Source: a virus (Duplodnaviria > Caudoviricetes). From it: a DNA stretch of 59,782 bases. Numbering within the stretch: position 1 is the first letter of the stretch; each line of letters begins with the position of its first letter. Positions 18,328-27,801 of this stretch are shown here, one piece after another. The translations under genes were made by a program, and so were the position numbers. The notes beneath the pieces are model-generated. The model made no database searches. It saw nothing but the letters and a program-made list of their open reading frames with translations, and had not been told where the DNA came from. The DNA lies in the IMG/VR virus record IMGVR_UViG_3300028840_006308, positions 1 through 59,782 of that record. One strand, written 5' to 3'.

Positions 18328-18663
18328 ATGAAGGGCTACTGCATAGTCTACCGCACCACCGACAACGCCGTAGTGGCGGCAGCCTTCGGTTCCTTAGAGG
18401 CGACTACAGGGCAAAAGGTTGCCAGTGGGATTACAGGCGTAATACCCGATCTCTTTGGTCCTGCTGGCGAGATGCTGAAGAAGTATGACGCCACCAAAAA
18501 ACAGATCGTGGACCTACCTGCTCCCGTGTTTCCGGACAATTCGGAGGCAACGCTCAAGGAGCAGAAGTTCATCCTGCTGGCCGCCAAGAAAGAGGCCACG
18601 GCCGCAGGGGATAACGACACTGCGGCCCACATCCAGAAGAAGATAGACGCGCTTCCGAAGTGA
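18328..18663 (+). CDS. Small fibre-associated protein (chaperone-like)
   Basis: Size and position after the fibre gene. Confidence 0.45.
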   Translation: MKGYCIVYRTTDNAVVAAAFGSLEATTGQKVASGITGVIPDLFGPAGEMLKKYDATKKQIVDLPAPVFPDNSEATLKEQKFILLAAKKEATAAGDNDTAAHIQKKIDALPK

Positions 18664-18714
18664 GGGCGGCATGTCGGTTTGCGGCATACATGAGCACAAA
18701 GAGCGGAGGACACG

Positions 18715-18915
18715 ATGGTTGTCACATTAGCTGTTCCGATCAAGCGCGCGGACATCACAAAGCTGGAAATTCAGAACATGCGGGTCGTTTACTGTCCCAA
18801 GACCGCAACTGACGAGATCGACAGAACCAGCAGTGTGCATATCGACCTGGCAGATATGTCGCCTGCGCTGGTCACCGAGCTGGAGAAGTTGATAAAGGCC
18901 GATTACGAGAGCTAG
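18715..18915 (+). CDS. Hypothetical protein
   Basis: RBS GGAGG; tiles with neighbours. Confidence 0.55.
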   Translation: MVVTLAVPIKRADITKLEIQNMRVVYCPKTATDEIDRTSSVHIDLADMSPALVTELEKLIKADYES

Positions 18916-18924
18916 GAGCGGTAA

Positions 18925-21900
18925 TTGGCCACCAAGTATTTCATCGGAGGAACCACCGGAGGATTCAACCAGGGGTTCTCCAATGGTTTCAACATCGGCA
19001 CGCCTGACAAGGACTGGCACGACGGTAATAACTGGTCCCTGTCGAGCGGCGGTGCCGGTGGCGCGGGCGTTCCCGGAGCCAGCGACGATGTCATTTTCGA
19101 CAATAACAGCCCCGACTGCCAGCTTACGGCCAACGGCAACTGTCGGGACTTCACCATCACCGCAACTTGCCCGTCGGACGTAGACCTCAACGGCTTCACC
19201 CTGGACATCGAGGACGCGGTTAGCGTCGACGTGGCCGGTGGCGCATCTATCACGCCCAACCTGGGCACCGTGTTGCTTTCGACCGGTGGCTCACGCACAG
19301 TCGATTTCGGCGGCGAGGTTCTCTACAACCTCACCCACAGCGCGGGCGACAGCGTCACCTACGTCGACACGAACGTCAGTAACGAGTTCCGCATCACTAC
19401 CGGGTATCGCATCAACGGCACCATCAATGTGCAGGGCGATGTTAGAAGCACGACGAGCGCGCTCAACAGCACGCAAACGGGACGGGTTATCCTCGACGGC
19501 ACCGGGGCCCAGGAGGTCTATGTCGATAAGCTCGGCGGCAGCGCCGACTTCCCGGCCATCCTGGTCAACAAGGGCGGCGGCGTAGCAACGCTTTATGATC
19601 GCATCGTGATGCCCACGGCCGGGGCCACCGCGGGGCTGTCAAGCGGCCTGGCAACGCTGGATGCGTTAACCCAGCAGCCCACGCTGGTCTCCGAGCGGTT
19701 CACCCATTTCGATTTCAACGGGGCCCGCATCTGGCGCGTTGAACAGCGGACCAACGGCTTCACCATGCAGTATATGAGCGACGTGGGCGTGGTGGATCAA
19801 TTCTACCTGGCCACGGTCACGAACACCACGGGCGGAAACAAGATCAACCTCGAGGGCGACCTGCGCCTGGGCGATACGGGTGCGCTTAGTAGCACATCGG
19901 TGACCATCGAGTTCATGGGGACCGGTGACCAGAACGTCATCAACGACGACCCGTCCGACTACTCGCTCCCCTGGAACATCAACAAGCCCAGCGGCACGCT
20001 GTTCCTCGGCAGCGACATCATTCGGTTCTCGGCCAATACCAACATCACCTGGACCTATACCCAGGGGACGGTTGACCCCGGGACCGCGACCCTGGACTTT
20101 AACAGTCAGCGCAGTAAGACCATCAACCTCACGGCGGGCGACTTCACGGTCTACAACCTCAAGCTCGGCACCGGTGGTGTCTATGCGACCAACATCAACA
20201 CCAACAAGTTCCTGGTGGAAAACGTTTTTACCCTGCAAGGCGGGGGCAGCACCCAGACCCTGAACGGCTCAATCGAGGTCGGGGGCAACATCATCAACAC
20301 CAGAACCGGTGGCACCACCAACGGCACGTTCAACGTCACCATCAACGGCAGCGGTGACCAGACCATCGACGGCAACGCCGCCAACTTCCACACCGGCGCG
20401 TGGATCGTTAACAAGCCCAGCGGTTCGCTCAAGCTGATCTCCGACCTGTCGCTCAACGATACCAGCACCGACCTTACAGTCACCCAGGGCACGCTGGACC
20501 TCGACGGTTTCGACATCACCGTCAGCCGAAACTTCACGGTGAACGACGGCCTGGCGCTGACCGGCGCGGAGACCATCACGGTCGGCGGTGCCTTCACTCT
20601 CAACCCCGCAGCGAGCTCGGTCCTCTACCACGGCGCGGCCACGGCGGTGCTCAATAACCTGGCCACGGCCTTCTTCAACCTGAACCTCGACCGGGATACG
20701 GACGGCAAGACCATCCAAACCACGGCGGGGACGACCATCACCCTGAACGGCGAGGTTACGACCAACGGCACGAACGGCACCCCCACGCTGATTCGCTCGA
20801 CGATATCGGGCACGCAGGCGAAGTGGAACCTGGTAGGAACGCAGTCGCTCCTGAACGCGGTCGACGTACAGGACAACGACGCCTCGGGCGGCCTGCCGTT
20901 CTACGTGTTCGGCTCGGTGGACTCGGGCAATACCATCAACTGGTTCTTTACCACGCTCGCGGGAGCGGTTCAGCAGCACGCGCAGATTTCGGTGGTCATG
21001 CCCCAGCAGGGGGTGCTCGTAGGCGGGGCCTTCGCGTTTGACATGATGAACTACCACGGGCCGTTGGCGGCAGGAGGTGGCGGCGTGTTCCCAGGACCCG
21101 GAAGCACATACTCCATCTTCACGGCGGGCTTTACGGATGCGCCCGGCGGCGGAAACGTGATAGCAGGATACAATCACGTCACGAGCCAGTTCGACATCCT
21201 CACGCTGGTCCCCGGTGCATCGCCCTACGAGCTGGTCGTTTCGCCCACGCATGTGGCGGGGGTGGTTGCGGCGGTTCCAACCGCCACCACGCGCTCGAGC
21301 CCCTGGCCCGTAACGGCGTTTGGGAATGGGTCCTTCCCGGCCAACCAGGACATCGGCGCAGGCGCCAACCGCAAGGGCGCGGTGCGCGCGGGGAACATCC
21401 TCTACGCGTCGGAGACCAACGCGGTGGGCGGGACCTTTGTGCAGAGCAGCGCGGACGGCCTCGCCTGGGCACAGTTGGGTATCCAGGCCTCGGCCGCGCC
21501 CGCGCAGCCGCGGTGCCTGTACGTCCTTCAGAGCGGCACGATACTCATGATCGACGATAACGGCTGCCTGCGCTCGAATACGGGGGGCGCCTCCTGGACC
21601 ACGCCTGCATTGCCGGGCCTGCCCGTGGGGACCATTCTCGGGGCGATGTTCAGCGAGATAACCGCGGGGGGTACCATCTTCCTGCTGATAAGCTCGGTCT
21701 CGGGCGCATTCCAGGGCTCGCGGCTCTATCGCAGCATCGACGACGGCGTTACCTGGGCGCTGGTCTACGACGAGTCGATCAGCGGGCCTTACACCGCAAA
21801 CTGGATCGATAGCAGTAACGTGCGCATGGTGGCCATGACGGCCAACATCATCGTGGTCTCGTACAACTATTGGGTGATGCGCTCGACGGACGGCGGGCTT

Positions 21901-22149
21901 ACCTGGGCCGATACGCACACCGACTCGGTGGGCTTCTTCGGGCAGGATATGTGGGAGGACACGAAGAGCGGCGACATCTACGTAATGTTCCGCGATAACG
22001 CGGGCAACACCGGGGGGCGCATCATCCGCAGCGCGGATAACGGCGCCACCTGGGCGGCATGGTTCAACAGCCTCCTGGATATCTGCGGCCAGGGCGGCGT
22101 GGCCGTGGTTGCCCCGAGAGCGTTTGCGTTTGGCGGTTCCCGGCGATGA
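18925..22149 (+). CDS. Large spike/adhesin: beta-solenoid-like stalk plus Asp-box (BNR) propeller
   Basis: 1074 aa, G/T/N-rich; Asp-boxes SADGLAW, SNTGGASW, SIDDGVTW, STDGGLTW, SADNGATW. Confidence 0.7.
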   Translation: MATKYFIGGTTGGFNQGFSNGFNIGTPDKDWHDGNNWSLSSGGAGGAGVPGASDDVIFDNNSPDCQLTANGNCRDFTITATCPSDVDLNGFTLDIEDAVSVDVAGGASITPNLGTVLLSTGGSRTVDFGGEVLYNLTHSAGDSVTYVDTNVSNEFRITTGYRINGTINVQGDVRSTTSALNSTQTGRVILDGTGAQEVYVDKLGGSADFPAILVNKGGGVATLYDRIVMPTAGATAGLSSGLATLDALTQQPTLVSERFTHFDFNGARIWRVEQRTNGFTMQYMSDVGVVDQFYLATVTNTTGGNKINLEGDLRLGDTGALSSTSVTIEFMGTGDQNVINDDPSDYSLPWNINKPSGTLFLGSDIIRFSANTNITWTYTQGTVDPGTATLDFNSQRSKTINLTAGDFTVYNLKLGTGGVYATNINTNKFLVENVFTLQGGGSTQTLNGSIEVGGNIINTRTGGTTNGTFNVTINGSGDQTIDGNAANFHTGAWIVNKPSGSLKLISDLSLNDTSTDLTVTQGTLDLDGFDITVSRNFTVNDGLALTGAETITVGGAFTLNPAASSVLYHGAATAVLNNLATAFFNLNLDRDTDGKTIQTTAGTTITLNGEVTTNGTNGTPTLIRSTISGTQAKWNLVGTQSLLNAVDVQDNDASGGLPFYVFGSVDSGNTINWFFTTLAGAVQQHAQISVVMPQQGVLVGGAFAFDMMNYHGPLAAGGGGVFPGPGSTYSIFTAGFTDAPGGGNVIAGYNHVTSQFDILTLVPGASPYELVVSPTHVAGVVAAVPTATTRSSPWPVTAFGNGSFPANQDIGAGANRKGAVRAGNILYASETNAVGGTFVQSSADGLAWAQLGIQASAAPAQPRCLYVLQSGTILMIDDNGCLRSNTGGASWTTPALPGLPVGTILGAMFSEITAGGTIFLLISSVSGAFQGSRLYRSIDDGVTWALVYDESISGPYTANWIDSSNVRMVAMTANIIVVSYNYWVMRSTDGGLTWADTHTDSVGFFGQDMWEDTKSGDIYVMFRDNAGNTGGRIIRSADNGATWAAWFNSLLDICGQGGVAVVAPRAFAFGGSRR

Positions 22150-22361
22150 GCGAGGAGACATCCGTGTCGAAAAGCAAGATAAACACCAACCTGTTGCAGG
22201 CCATCGGTGACCCCACGTCGAAGGACGCCGCGCTGAAGGACATTCTACTGGACCTCGACGCGCGCATCAGCAAGATGGAGAAGATAGGGTGGCTAATCCT
22301 GGTGGGGTTAGCGGCCCTTGGCGGGAAAGAGATCATCTTTTCGATGATCACGAAGCTCTGA
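22146..22361 (+). CDS. Small coiled-coil plus TM protein (holin-like candidate)
   Basis: LDARISKMEK followed by WLILVGLAALGG. Confidence 0.45.
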   Translation: MSEETSVSKSKINTNLLQAIGDPTSKDAALKDILLDLDARISKMEKIGWLILVGLAALGGKEIIFSMITKL

Positions 22362-22372
22362 GGAGAAATGCC

Positions 22373-22810
22373 ATGCTGTTCGGACAGGACACGAACTTCT
22401 TCGAGAACGGAAACGGACTGGGGCAGTTCGAGCTCCAGGAGCTCGGCAGCGGGGCCATGGAGGCCACCACCAAGCTCAACATCTGGGGCAAGCTCGGGGA
22501 GATGACCAAGAACATCACGAACAACCTGATGGAGAAAATCCCCGACATCGCCGGAGATGCGCTGGGCACCCTGGTCCAGGCCAAACTCAGCGAGAAGATT
22601 CTCGGCGACATGGGCGGCGGTGGGGAGGACAGCAAGACCCAGACCATCGTCAAGCGCGAGATAATCGAGCGCCAGGTACCGGTTTCGGCCGCGCCCGTGC
22701 AGCCCACGGCACAGGCCGCAAAGGAGGGCCTGCCGGGCTGGGTTATCCCCGCAGGCATCGGCGCGGCGGTCCTGGTCGGCCTGGTGGGCTACAAGGCCCT
22801 CAAGAAGTAG
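22373..22810 (+). CDS. Putative virion membrane protein
   Basis: NGLGQ motif; C-terminal TM PGWVIPAGIGAAVLVGLVGYKALKK. Confidence 0.7.
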   Translation: MLFGQDTNFFENGNGLGQFELQELGSGAMEATTKLNIWGKLGEMTKNITNNLMEKIPDIAGDALGTLVQAKLSEKILGDMGGGGEDSKTQTIVKREIIERQVPVSAAPVQPTAQAAKEGLPGWVIPAGIGAAVLVGLVGYKALKK

Positions 22811-22896
22811 CCGAGAAAGGGCCATTGCTGCCCCATGACAGGGGGGCACACGGCGTTTTCTCGGGAAATGCGCCCCGCAAGGGCAGGAGAAGGGAA

Positions 22897-23112
22897 ATGA
22901 GACCTCAGAGCTTCTTTGCACCTGGTGCACTGCCTTACGGCACGGACACGGGAGTCTACCTGCGTGAGGGCGCGTTTGAAGAGCACGGCCTCGGCCAAGC
23001 CGAGGAAAAAGAGGATCCGGTCACCGCATTCGCCCGCCGTTGGGGGGATGTGATCAAGTTGGCGGCCACAGTAGGCTTGCTGATAAAGTTCGTAGCACCC
23101 AAGCTCAAGTAA
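22897..23112 (+). CDS. Small putative virion membrane protein
   Basis: HGLGQ motif; C-terminal hydrophobic helix plus KLK. Confidence 0.6.
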   Translation: MRPQSFFAPGALPYGTDTGVYLREGAFEEHGLGQAEEKEDPVTAFARRWGDVIKLAATVGLLIKFVAPKLK

Positions 23113-23128
23113 AAGGAGGCATAGGACC

Positions 23129-23449
23129 ATGGCCAAGAAGAAAGCGAAGACGAAACCCGCGAGCAAGCGCAAGGACGCCGCTGTGGCGAACCGCGCGCCG
23201 AAGGTGCTGAAGTCGAAGGCCAAGCCTCGGCTGAAGGCCAAGATGGACGCAGGCCTCGAGGCCGCGCTGGCCGCCGTAGCAGGCCGGGACGCCAAGGGCG
23301 CCGCCGCCGCGCTCGGCAAGGTCAAGCTCAAGGACAAGGCCGCCCAGGGCAAGGTCAAGGATGCGCTCGCGGCCCTGAAGTCCGGGTCGCTAGCCAAAGC
23401 GCGCGTCTGCATCGGCCAGGCACGGACCTTCCTGCTCAACGCCGAGTAA
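23129..23449 (+). CDS. Lys/Ala-rich basic protein
   Basis: RBS AAGGAGG; histone-H1-like composition. Confidence 0.7.
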   Translation: MAKKKAKTKPASKRKDAAVANRAPKVLKSKAKPRLKAKMDAGLEAALAAVAGRDAKGAAAALGKVKLKDKAAQGKVKDALAALKSGSLAKARVCIGQARTFLLNAE

Positions 23450-23456
23450 GCGCTCC

Positions 23457-25952
23457 ATGCTGCGCGACTGGGAAACGTCTGCCATCTTCCCGAAGGGGAA
23501 GTGGTACAACACCGGGGCCAATCCGGCGGGGCAGGCCAACGCCATCGCCGAGATGTTCTTCGAGAAGGCGTTTCCCAAGCTGGTGCCACCCCTGGAGGCG
23601 GGCGCGGGCATCCTGTCGGCCAAGCCGCAAGCTATTAGCCTGTTCTACGAGTACGAGGCACCGCCCTCGCCGAGTACTTTCGCCGCGGAGTACGCCGCCG
23701 ACGTCCAGGCCGAGGTGGGGCCCATTCCCGCGGGGCTGGGGCAGGTAAAGGTCGACACCGAGGAGCTGGTCAAAGACGCCGCTGTATCGGCCGTGAAAAA
23801 GGCCGCCATCGAGGCGGTGGCCAAGGGCGTGGCCATGCAGATAGGTGCCGAGGCGGTACCTGTCGCCAAGCTGGCCATCGCGGTCGCCGACGTGGTGAAG
23901 GACTACAAGTCCATCGTCGAGGACGAGAGCGCGCGGTGGTCGGCGGCCTTCGGGCTAACCAGCGCGGTGGCGGCGGCGTTCGCCATCCCCGTAGTGGGCC
24001 AGTTGGCGGCCATCGGCGCGCTCGCCAAGGGATTCATCGACTTCCGCCAGGCCAAGGAGGAAATCGAAAAGCAGAAGCGTGCGTCCGAGGAGCTGTCCAA
24101 GATGCTGCGCAGCAGCATCGACGCGGTCATGCCCGAGGTGCAGGCGCTGGTTGAGACCATCCAGTCGCGCGGATACGGCATCGACCCGAAGGGCACCGAG
24201 GCATTCCGGAAAGACCTCCTCAAGCACTATCGCGCGCTCCTGGCCACCAAGCTCAAGCGGTCGCCGTTCAAGACGCCCACGGCGCCGTATGAGGCGGCCC
24301 GCAAGCAGATGGCGGCGCAGGCCAGCGAGCTCGAGGGCTACTTGAAGTCCAAGGTCTACAGCGACAAGGCTTGGGGCAACTTTACCCGGCAGCTAATCAA
24401 GCCGCCGACGCCCAGCCTCGAGAGCTTCTTCGAGAAGGTCGACGATGCGCTGGGTAAGAGCTCATACATCCCGCGCGGGTCGGGGCTGTCGGGCCTGGGG
24501 TTCGGCATGCCCGGAAGCAGCATCGACGAGAAACTGTTCCAGGCCGCCCAGGCGGCCCAGAAGAAGTCCAAGCCGTACATCGCTCCGGAGAAAGAGCGCC
24601 AGGCGGCTATCTACCAGCAACTCACCACGCAGCCCACGACCGTTTTCGCGCAGCCGTTGCCGATAGACAGGGAGCTCTTCGCGCGCTTCTGGCGGGTGGA
24701 TCCCGATAAGTTGCCCGACGTCGAGTACCGCATCACCGATGACGCAGGCAGGGGCCTGGGTTACACGACCACGCTGCGCAAGCAGTACGATCAGCTCAAG
24801 ACGGCCATGGAGAAGGCGCTGGGCGACACGGTGGGCGCGGGCGAGCTGTCGGGGCTTAAGTCCTGGCGCTCGAAGTGGTTATCGGCCTGGAAGGACTACG
24901 ACAAGAAACGCGAGGCGCTCTTTGAGTCGGTCGCGGGCCTTCCCCGCGGCGGCGAGCTCACCGGCGAGGACGACTGGCTGGTCAAGGCCGTCGGCCAGGA
25001 CAACATGCTGCGCTATGAACGTGGCCGCAACGCGGCGCTGTTCCTGCTCGGCAAGCACGGAGGCTTTGCCACGGTAAGCGCGATGCAGGCCAAGGGCGGC
25101 ATCGGCGACTGGAAGGACGCGCTCTGGACCGCCGACTACTGGAACGACACGGTCATGCCCATCTACAACAAGATGATGGAGCAGCGCTGGGGTCGGCGCG
25201 ACATGGTGCGGGCCTTCCTGCAGTTGGCGCGCGACATGCGCAAGGTCCGCCTGGCGCTCGAGAAGTTGCCTCCGTACCTCTTCGAGAACGAGGTTAAGAT
25301 GCTGGGCGAGGCCATCGTGGCCGCCGACTCGCTGATTCCGATGTCCTTGGCGGTGGCCATCGCGGCGGATCTCCTGCAACCCATCAAGGGCCGGGCGCTT
25401 ACGCCCGCCCAGCGCAAGCAAGTGGGCGGAAGCATCGCCAAGCGCATCGTCGAGCGCTCCAGAACAGCGCTCCTAACCGCCCGATTCACGCCCGATTACG
25501 TCATGGGCCTGCTCGTGCCCCCCGTCACCGAGTACTTCGCGCTCATGAAGGGCCTCACGGGCAAGATATCGGCCCTTCCGCGCCCCGAGGGCGATGCCCC
25601 CACCCCTGAGTACAACGAGGCACTGGCGGCGATTGTGGCCGAGCACGAGGCCCCCCTGAAGGCGTTGACGGAGAAGTACTCCCAGGCCGTCAAGGTCTAC
25701 AAGCCGGGAGTGGTGTCCGAGGCTATTGGCGCCATACTCAAGGAGATAGGAGTAGAGGAGCAGCGAGGGCGCATCGCGGATGCGATTGCGGCCAAGCTAG
25801 GTGGCGAGTTTACGCGGTTTGCGGCCGCCGAGCTCATCTACCGGGCGACTACTACGCCCGCGGACAAGTTCCTGGCCAGCGTCGGCGCTCCCAAAGGCGG
25901 CCTTTTGCCCCTCGCCGCCGCCGCCGCTGGCCTGGTTTACCTGTTGGGATAG
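23457..25952 (+). CDS. Large helical membrane-anchored protein (possible DNA delivery)
   Basis: 831 aa; AGLGQ, GLSGLG and RGLG motifs; internal hydrophobic segment; C-terminal KGGLLPL anchor. Function is a guess. Confidence 0.6.
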   Translation: MLRDWETSAIFPKGKWYNTGANPAGQANAIAEMFFEKAFPKLVPPLEAGAGILSAKPQAISLFYEYEAPPSPSTFAAEYAADVQAEVGPIPAGLGQVKVDTEELVKDAAVSAVKKAAIEAVAKGVAMQIGAEAVPVAKLAIAVADVVKDYKSIVEDESARWSAAFGLTSAVAAAFAIPVVGQLAAIGALAKGFIDFRQAKEEIEKQKRASEELSKMLRSSIDAVMPEVQALVETIQSRGYGIDPKGTEAFRKDLLKHYRALLATKLKRSPFKTPTAPYEAARKQMAAQASELEGYLKSKVYSDKAWGNFTRQLIKPPTPSLESFFEKVDDALGKSSYIPRGSGLSGLGFGMPGSSIDEKLFQAAQAAQKKSKPYIAPEKERQAAIYQQLTTQPTTVFAQPLPIDRELFARFWRVDPDKLPDVEYRITDDAGRGLGYTTTLRKQYDQLKTAMEKALGDTVGAGELSGLKSWRSKWLSAWKDYDKKREALFESVAGLPRGGELTGEDDWLVKAVGQDNMLRYERGRNAALFLLGKHGGFATVSAMQAKGGIGDWKDALWTADYWNDTVMPIYNKMMEQRWGRRDMVRAFLQLARDMRKVRLALEKLPPYLFENEVKMLGEAIVAADSLIPMSLAVAIAADLLQPIKGRALTPAQRKQVGGSIAKRIVERSRTALLTARFTPDYVMGLLVPPVTEYFALMKGLTGKISALPRPEGDAPTPEYNEALAAIVAEHEAPLKALTEKYSQAVKVYKPGVVSEAIGAILKEIGVEEQRGRIADAIAAKLGGEFTRFAAAELIYRATTTPADKFLASVGAPKGGLLPLAAAAAGLVYLLG

Positions 25953-25961
25953 GAGTCGAAC

Positions 25962-26213
25962 GTGGCCAAAGACCTGCGCCGAGAGGACATCGTTGCGGAA
26001 GTACGCGAGCAGACCTACGACATCCTCGCGGCCGCAAGCGAAATCCCCCTGCCGGTGGCCGCCCGCGCGGCGGCCAAGCTGGTGGTGGACAGGTCGGTGA
26101 CCCCGGTCGATTCCGGCGATGCGAGGGAGATAGAGGCTGAGAGCAAGAAGGGTGGCCTGCTGCCTTTACTGGCAGCAGTCGCAGGTGTAGCATTGCTGGC
26201 CACGGGAGGCTGA
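25962..26213 (+). CDS. Small membrane protein
   Basis: KGGLLPL anchor shared with the upstream gene. Confidence 0.65.
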   Translation: MAKDLRREDIVAEVREQTYDILAAASEIPLPVAARAAAKLVVDRSVTPVDSGDAREIEAESKKGGLLPLLAAVAGVALLATGG

Positions 26214-26214
26214 C

Positions 26215-26403
26215 ATGTTGGCGAAACTTGGAGAGGCCGTAGCGAACCGCCTTCTTGGCAAGGTCGACAAGAACCCCACGATGATCGACTGGCAGATGAT
26301 CCAGTTGATGGCGTTCGGCACCGCAATCTTCGCGGGCTACATGCTGTGGCGCAAGGAGAAACGCGAAGAGGAAATCGTGCAATCGAGAGGAGGCGAGAAA
26401 TGA
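26215..26403 (+). CDS. Small membrane protein
   Basis: One TM segment followed by RKEKR. Confidence 0.6.
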   Translation: MLAKLGEAVANRLLGKVDKNPTMIDWQMIQLMAFGTAIFAGYMLWRKEKREEEIVQSRGGEK

Positions 26404-27086
26404 GGTTCCCGTCCTACAAGGAGCGCCGTTGGCGCCTGCGCGAGACGTTCGCGCTGTTCCTGGGCACTGGCTTGATGACTTTCGTGTTCGCGGGCTGCAT
26501 CCGCGAGGGCACCCGGGTCACGCTCGACCGCAACAAGAAGTCCCTGCCGACCTTGAAGAAGGTCACGCCCGCCGAGGCGCATCCGGGCATCGACGCCATG
26601 ACCGCCGAGAACGAGCAGGCGGCCCGTAACGTCGGTGCGCCGAAAACACCCGCCACGCCCATAGATTTCGGCAAGGATACCACCAACCAGGCCGGAACCA
26701 TCGAGGCGCGCACGAACGCCGCCGAGCTCAAGAAGCAACTGGATGCTGCCGAGACGCGCAACAAGTGGCTCCTGGGCATAGGCATGGGCCTGCTGGGGCT
26801 CCTTGGCGCCAAGGGGATATGGATAAAGCGCCTCATCAACGTGGGCCGGAGCCTGAAACAGAACCTCGGCCAAGCCGAGGGTCAGGTGAACAGCCTGGTG
26901 GAGGCCACGCAGGAGACCATCGCGCAGGCCAAGGACAAGCCCATCTCGGCGGACATGGTCAAGAAGATTCACCGCGAGTACCAGGAGGTGCACGGCACCT
27001 GGCACACGCTTAAGGACTTGGTGGCGAAAACGAAGGCGGTATGGGAGGCGGGCCAGCCCGCGTCCGCGGCAAAGGGAGGCAAGTGA
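26400..27086 (+). CDS. Lipoprotein with internal TM helix (spanin-like candidate)
   Basis: Lipobox FAG-C; later TM WLLGIGMGLLGLLG. Confidence 0.5.
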   Translation: MRFPSYKERRWRLRETFALFLGTGLMTFVFAGCIREGTRVTLDRNKKSLPTLKKVTPAEAHPGIDAMTAENEQAARNVGAPKTPATPIDFGKDTTNQAGTIEARTNAAELKKQLDAAETRNKWLLGIGMGLLGLLGAKGIWIKRLINVGRSLKQNLGQAEGQVNSLVEATQETIAQAKDKPISADMVKKIHREYQEVHGTWHTLKDLVAKTKAVWEAGQPASAAKGGK

Positions 27087-27316
27087 TGTCAGAGCTGGAA
27101 AGCCCGATAGACGAGCAGGTTCTGTGGGACGCGCTGATGGATAACTATAGCCCAGAGGCTATTGTGGCCATGCACGCGATTCTGGACGCATACGTCGGCC
27201 AGATACCAAATGCGCAGGTCAAGGGCCAGCTGCGCTACTTCCGGAACATGCTCGAAGAGTTGATCGAGGCCAGCGGCGAGAACTACAACGAGCTGCTGGA
27301 CCAGGCAGGACTCTAA
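27086..27316 (+). CDS. Hypothetical protein
   Basis: Overlapping stop/start; RBS GGGAGG. Confidence 0.6.
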   Translation: MSELESPIDEQVLWDALMDNYSPEAIVAMHAILDAYVGQIPNAQVKGQLRYFRNMLEELIEASGENYNELLDQAGL

Positions 27317-27328
27317 GGAGGCAACGCG

Positions 27329-27556
27329 ATGACGGTTTGGGTGGTGATGGTGTGGCCCCGCGGCGAACAGATGCCTGTGGTGGATGTCTACGATGACGTC
27401 GAGGCGGCCGAGGCGCTGGCCTACGACTGGCTAGAGGAAGAGCACGGGCTCGACCGCGAGGACGTCTTTGAAGATGCCGACGAGAAAGAGGGCATGGTCC
27501 GGTACCTGGACGACGACGGGGGCCTTCTCGGCGCCCTGGTGATGCGCCAGGCGTAG
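27329..27556 (+). CDS. Hypothetical acidic protein
   Basis: RBS AAGGAGG. Confidence 0.65.
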   Translation: MTVWVVMVWPRGEQMPVVDVYDDVEAAEALAYDWLEEEHGLDREDVFEDADEKEGMVRYLDDDGGLLGALVMRQA

Positions 27557-27567
27557 GGGTTCCGTGC

Positions 27568-27795
27568 TTGACGACCAACGACGACATGCACAAAGCGGTC
27601 CAGCGGGCCGTGCGCGACGAGAGGACCCGGGTGATGAGCGCGCTGCTAAAGCTGCGCAACCGGATCGACGGCATGGCCAAGATGTGCGCCGGAAACGGCG
27701 AGACCGCCGCCGAGGCTTACGAGGCCGCCGCAGGGCAGGTGGCCGCTTTCATAACCGAACAGTTCGGAGATGTGCCGGACGCATTGGGGAGGTAG
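27568..27795 (+). CDS. Hypothetical protein
   Basis: Tiling ORF. Confidence 0.55.
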   Translation: MTTNDDMHKAVQRAVRDERTRVMSALLKLRNRIDGMAKMCAGNGETAAEAYEAAAGQVAAFITEQFGDVPDALGR

Positions 27796-27801
27796 GCACC
27801 C

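Noticed and set aside
11538-22161. Long - strand ORFs (11538-13106, 14047-15159, 20269-22161 and others)
   Set aside because: Typical high-GC antisense shadows of well-formed + strand genes.
23457-25952. Tape-measure protein of a tailed phage
   Set aside because: No tail tube, chaperone or baseplate genes nearby; it has a C-terminal anchor and G[LM]G motifs like the other membrane proteins.
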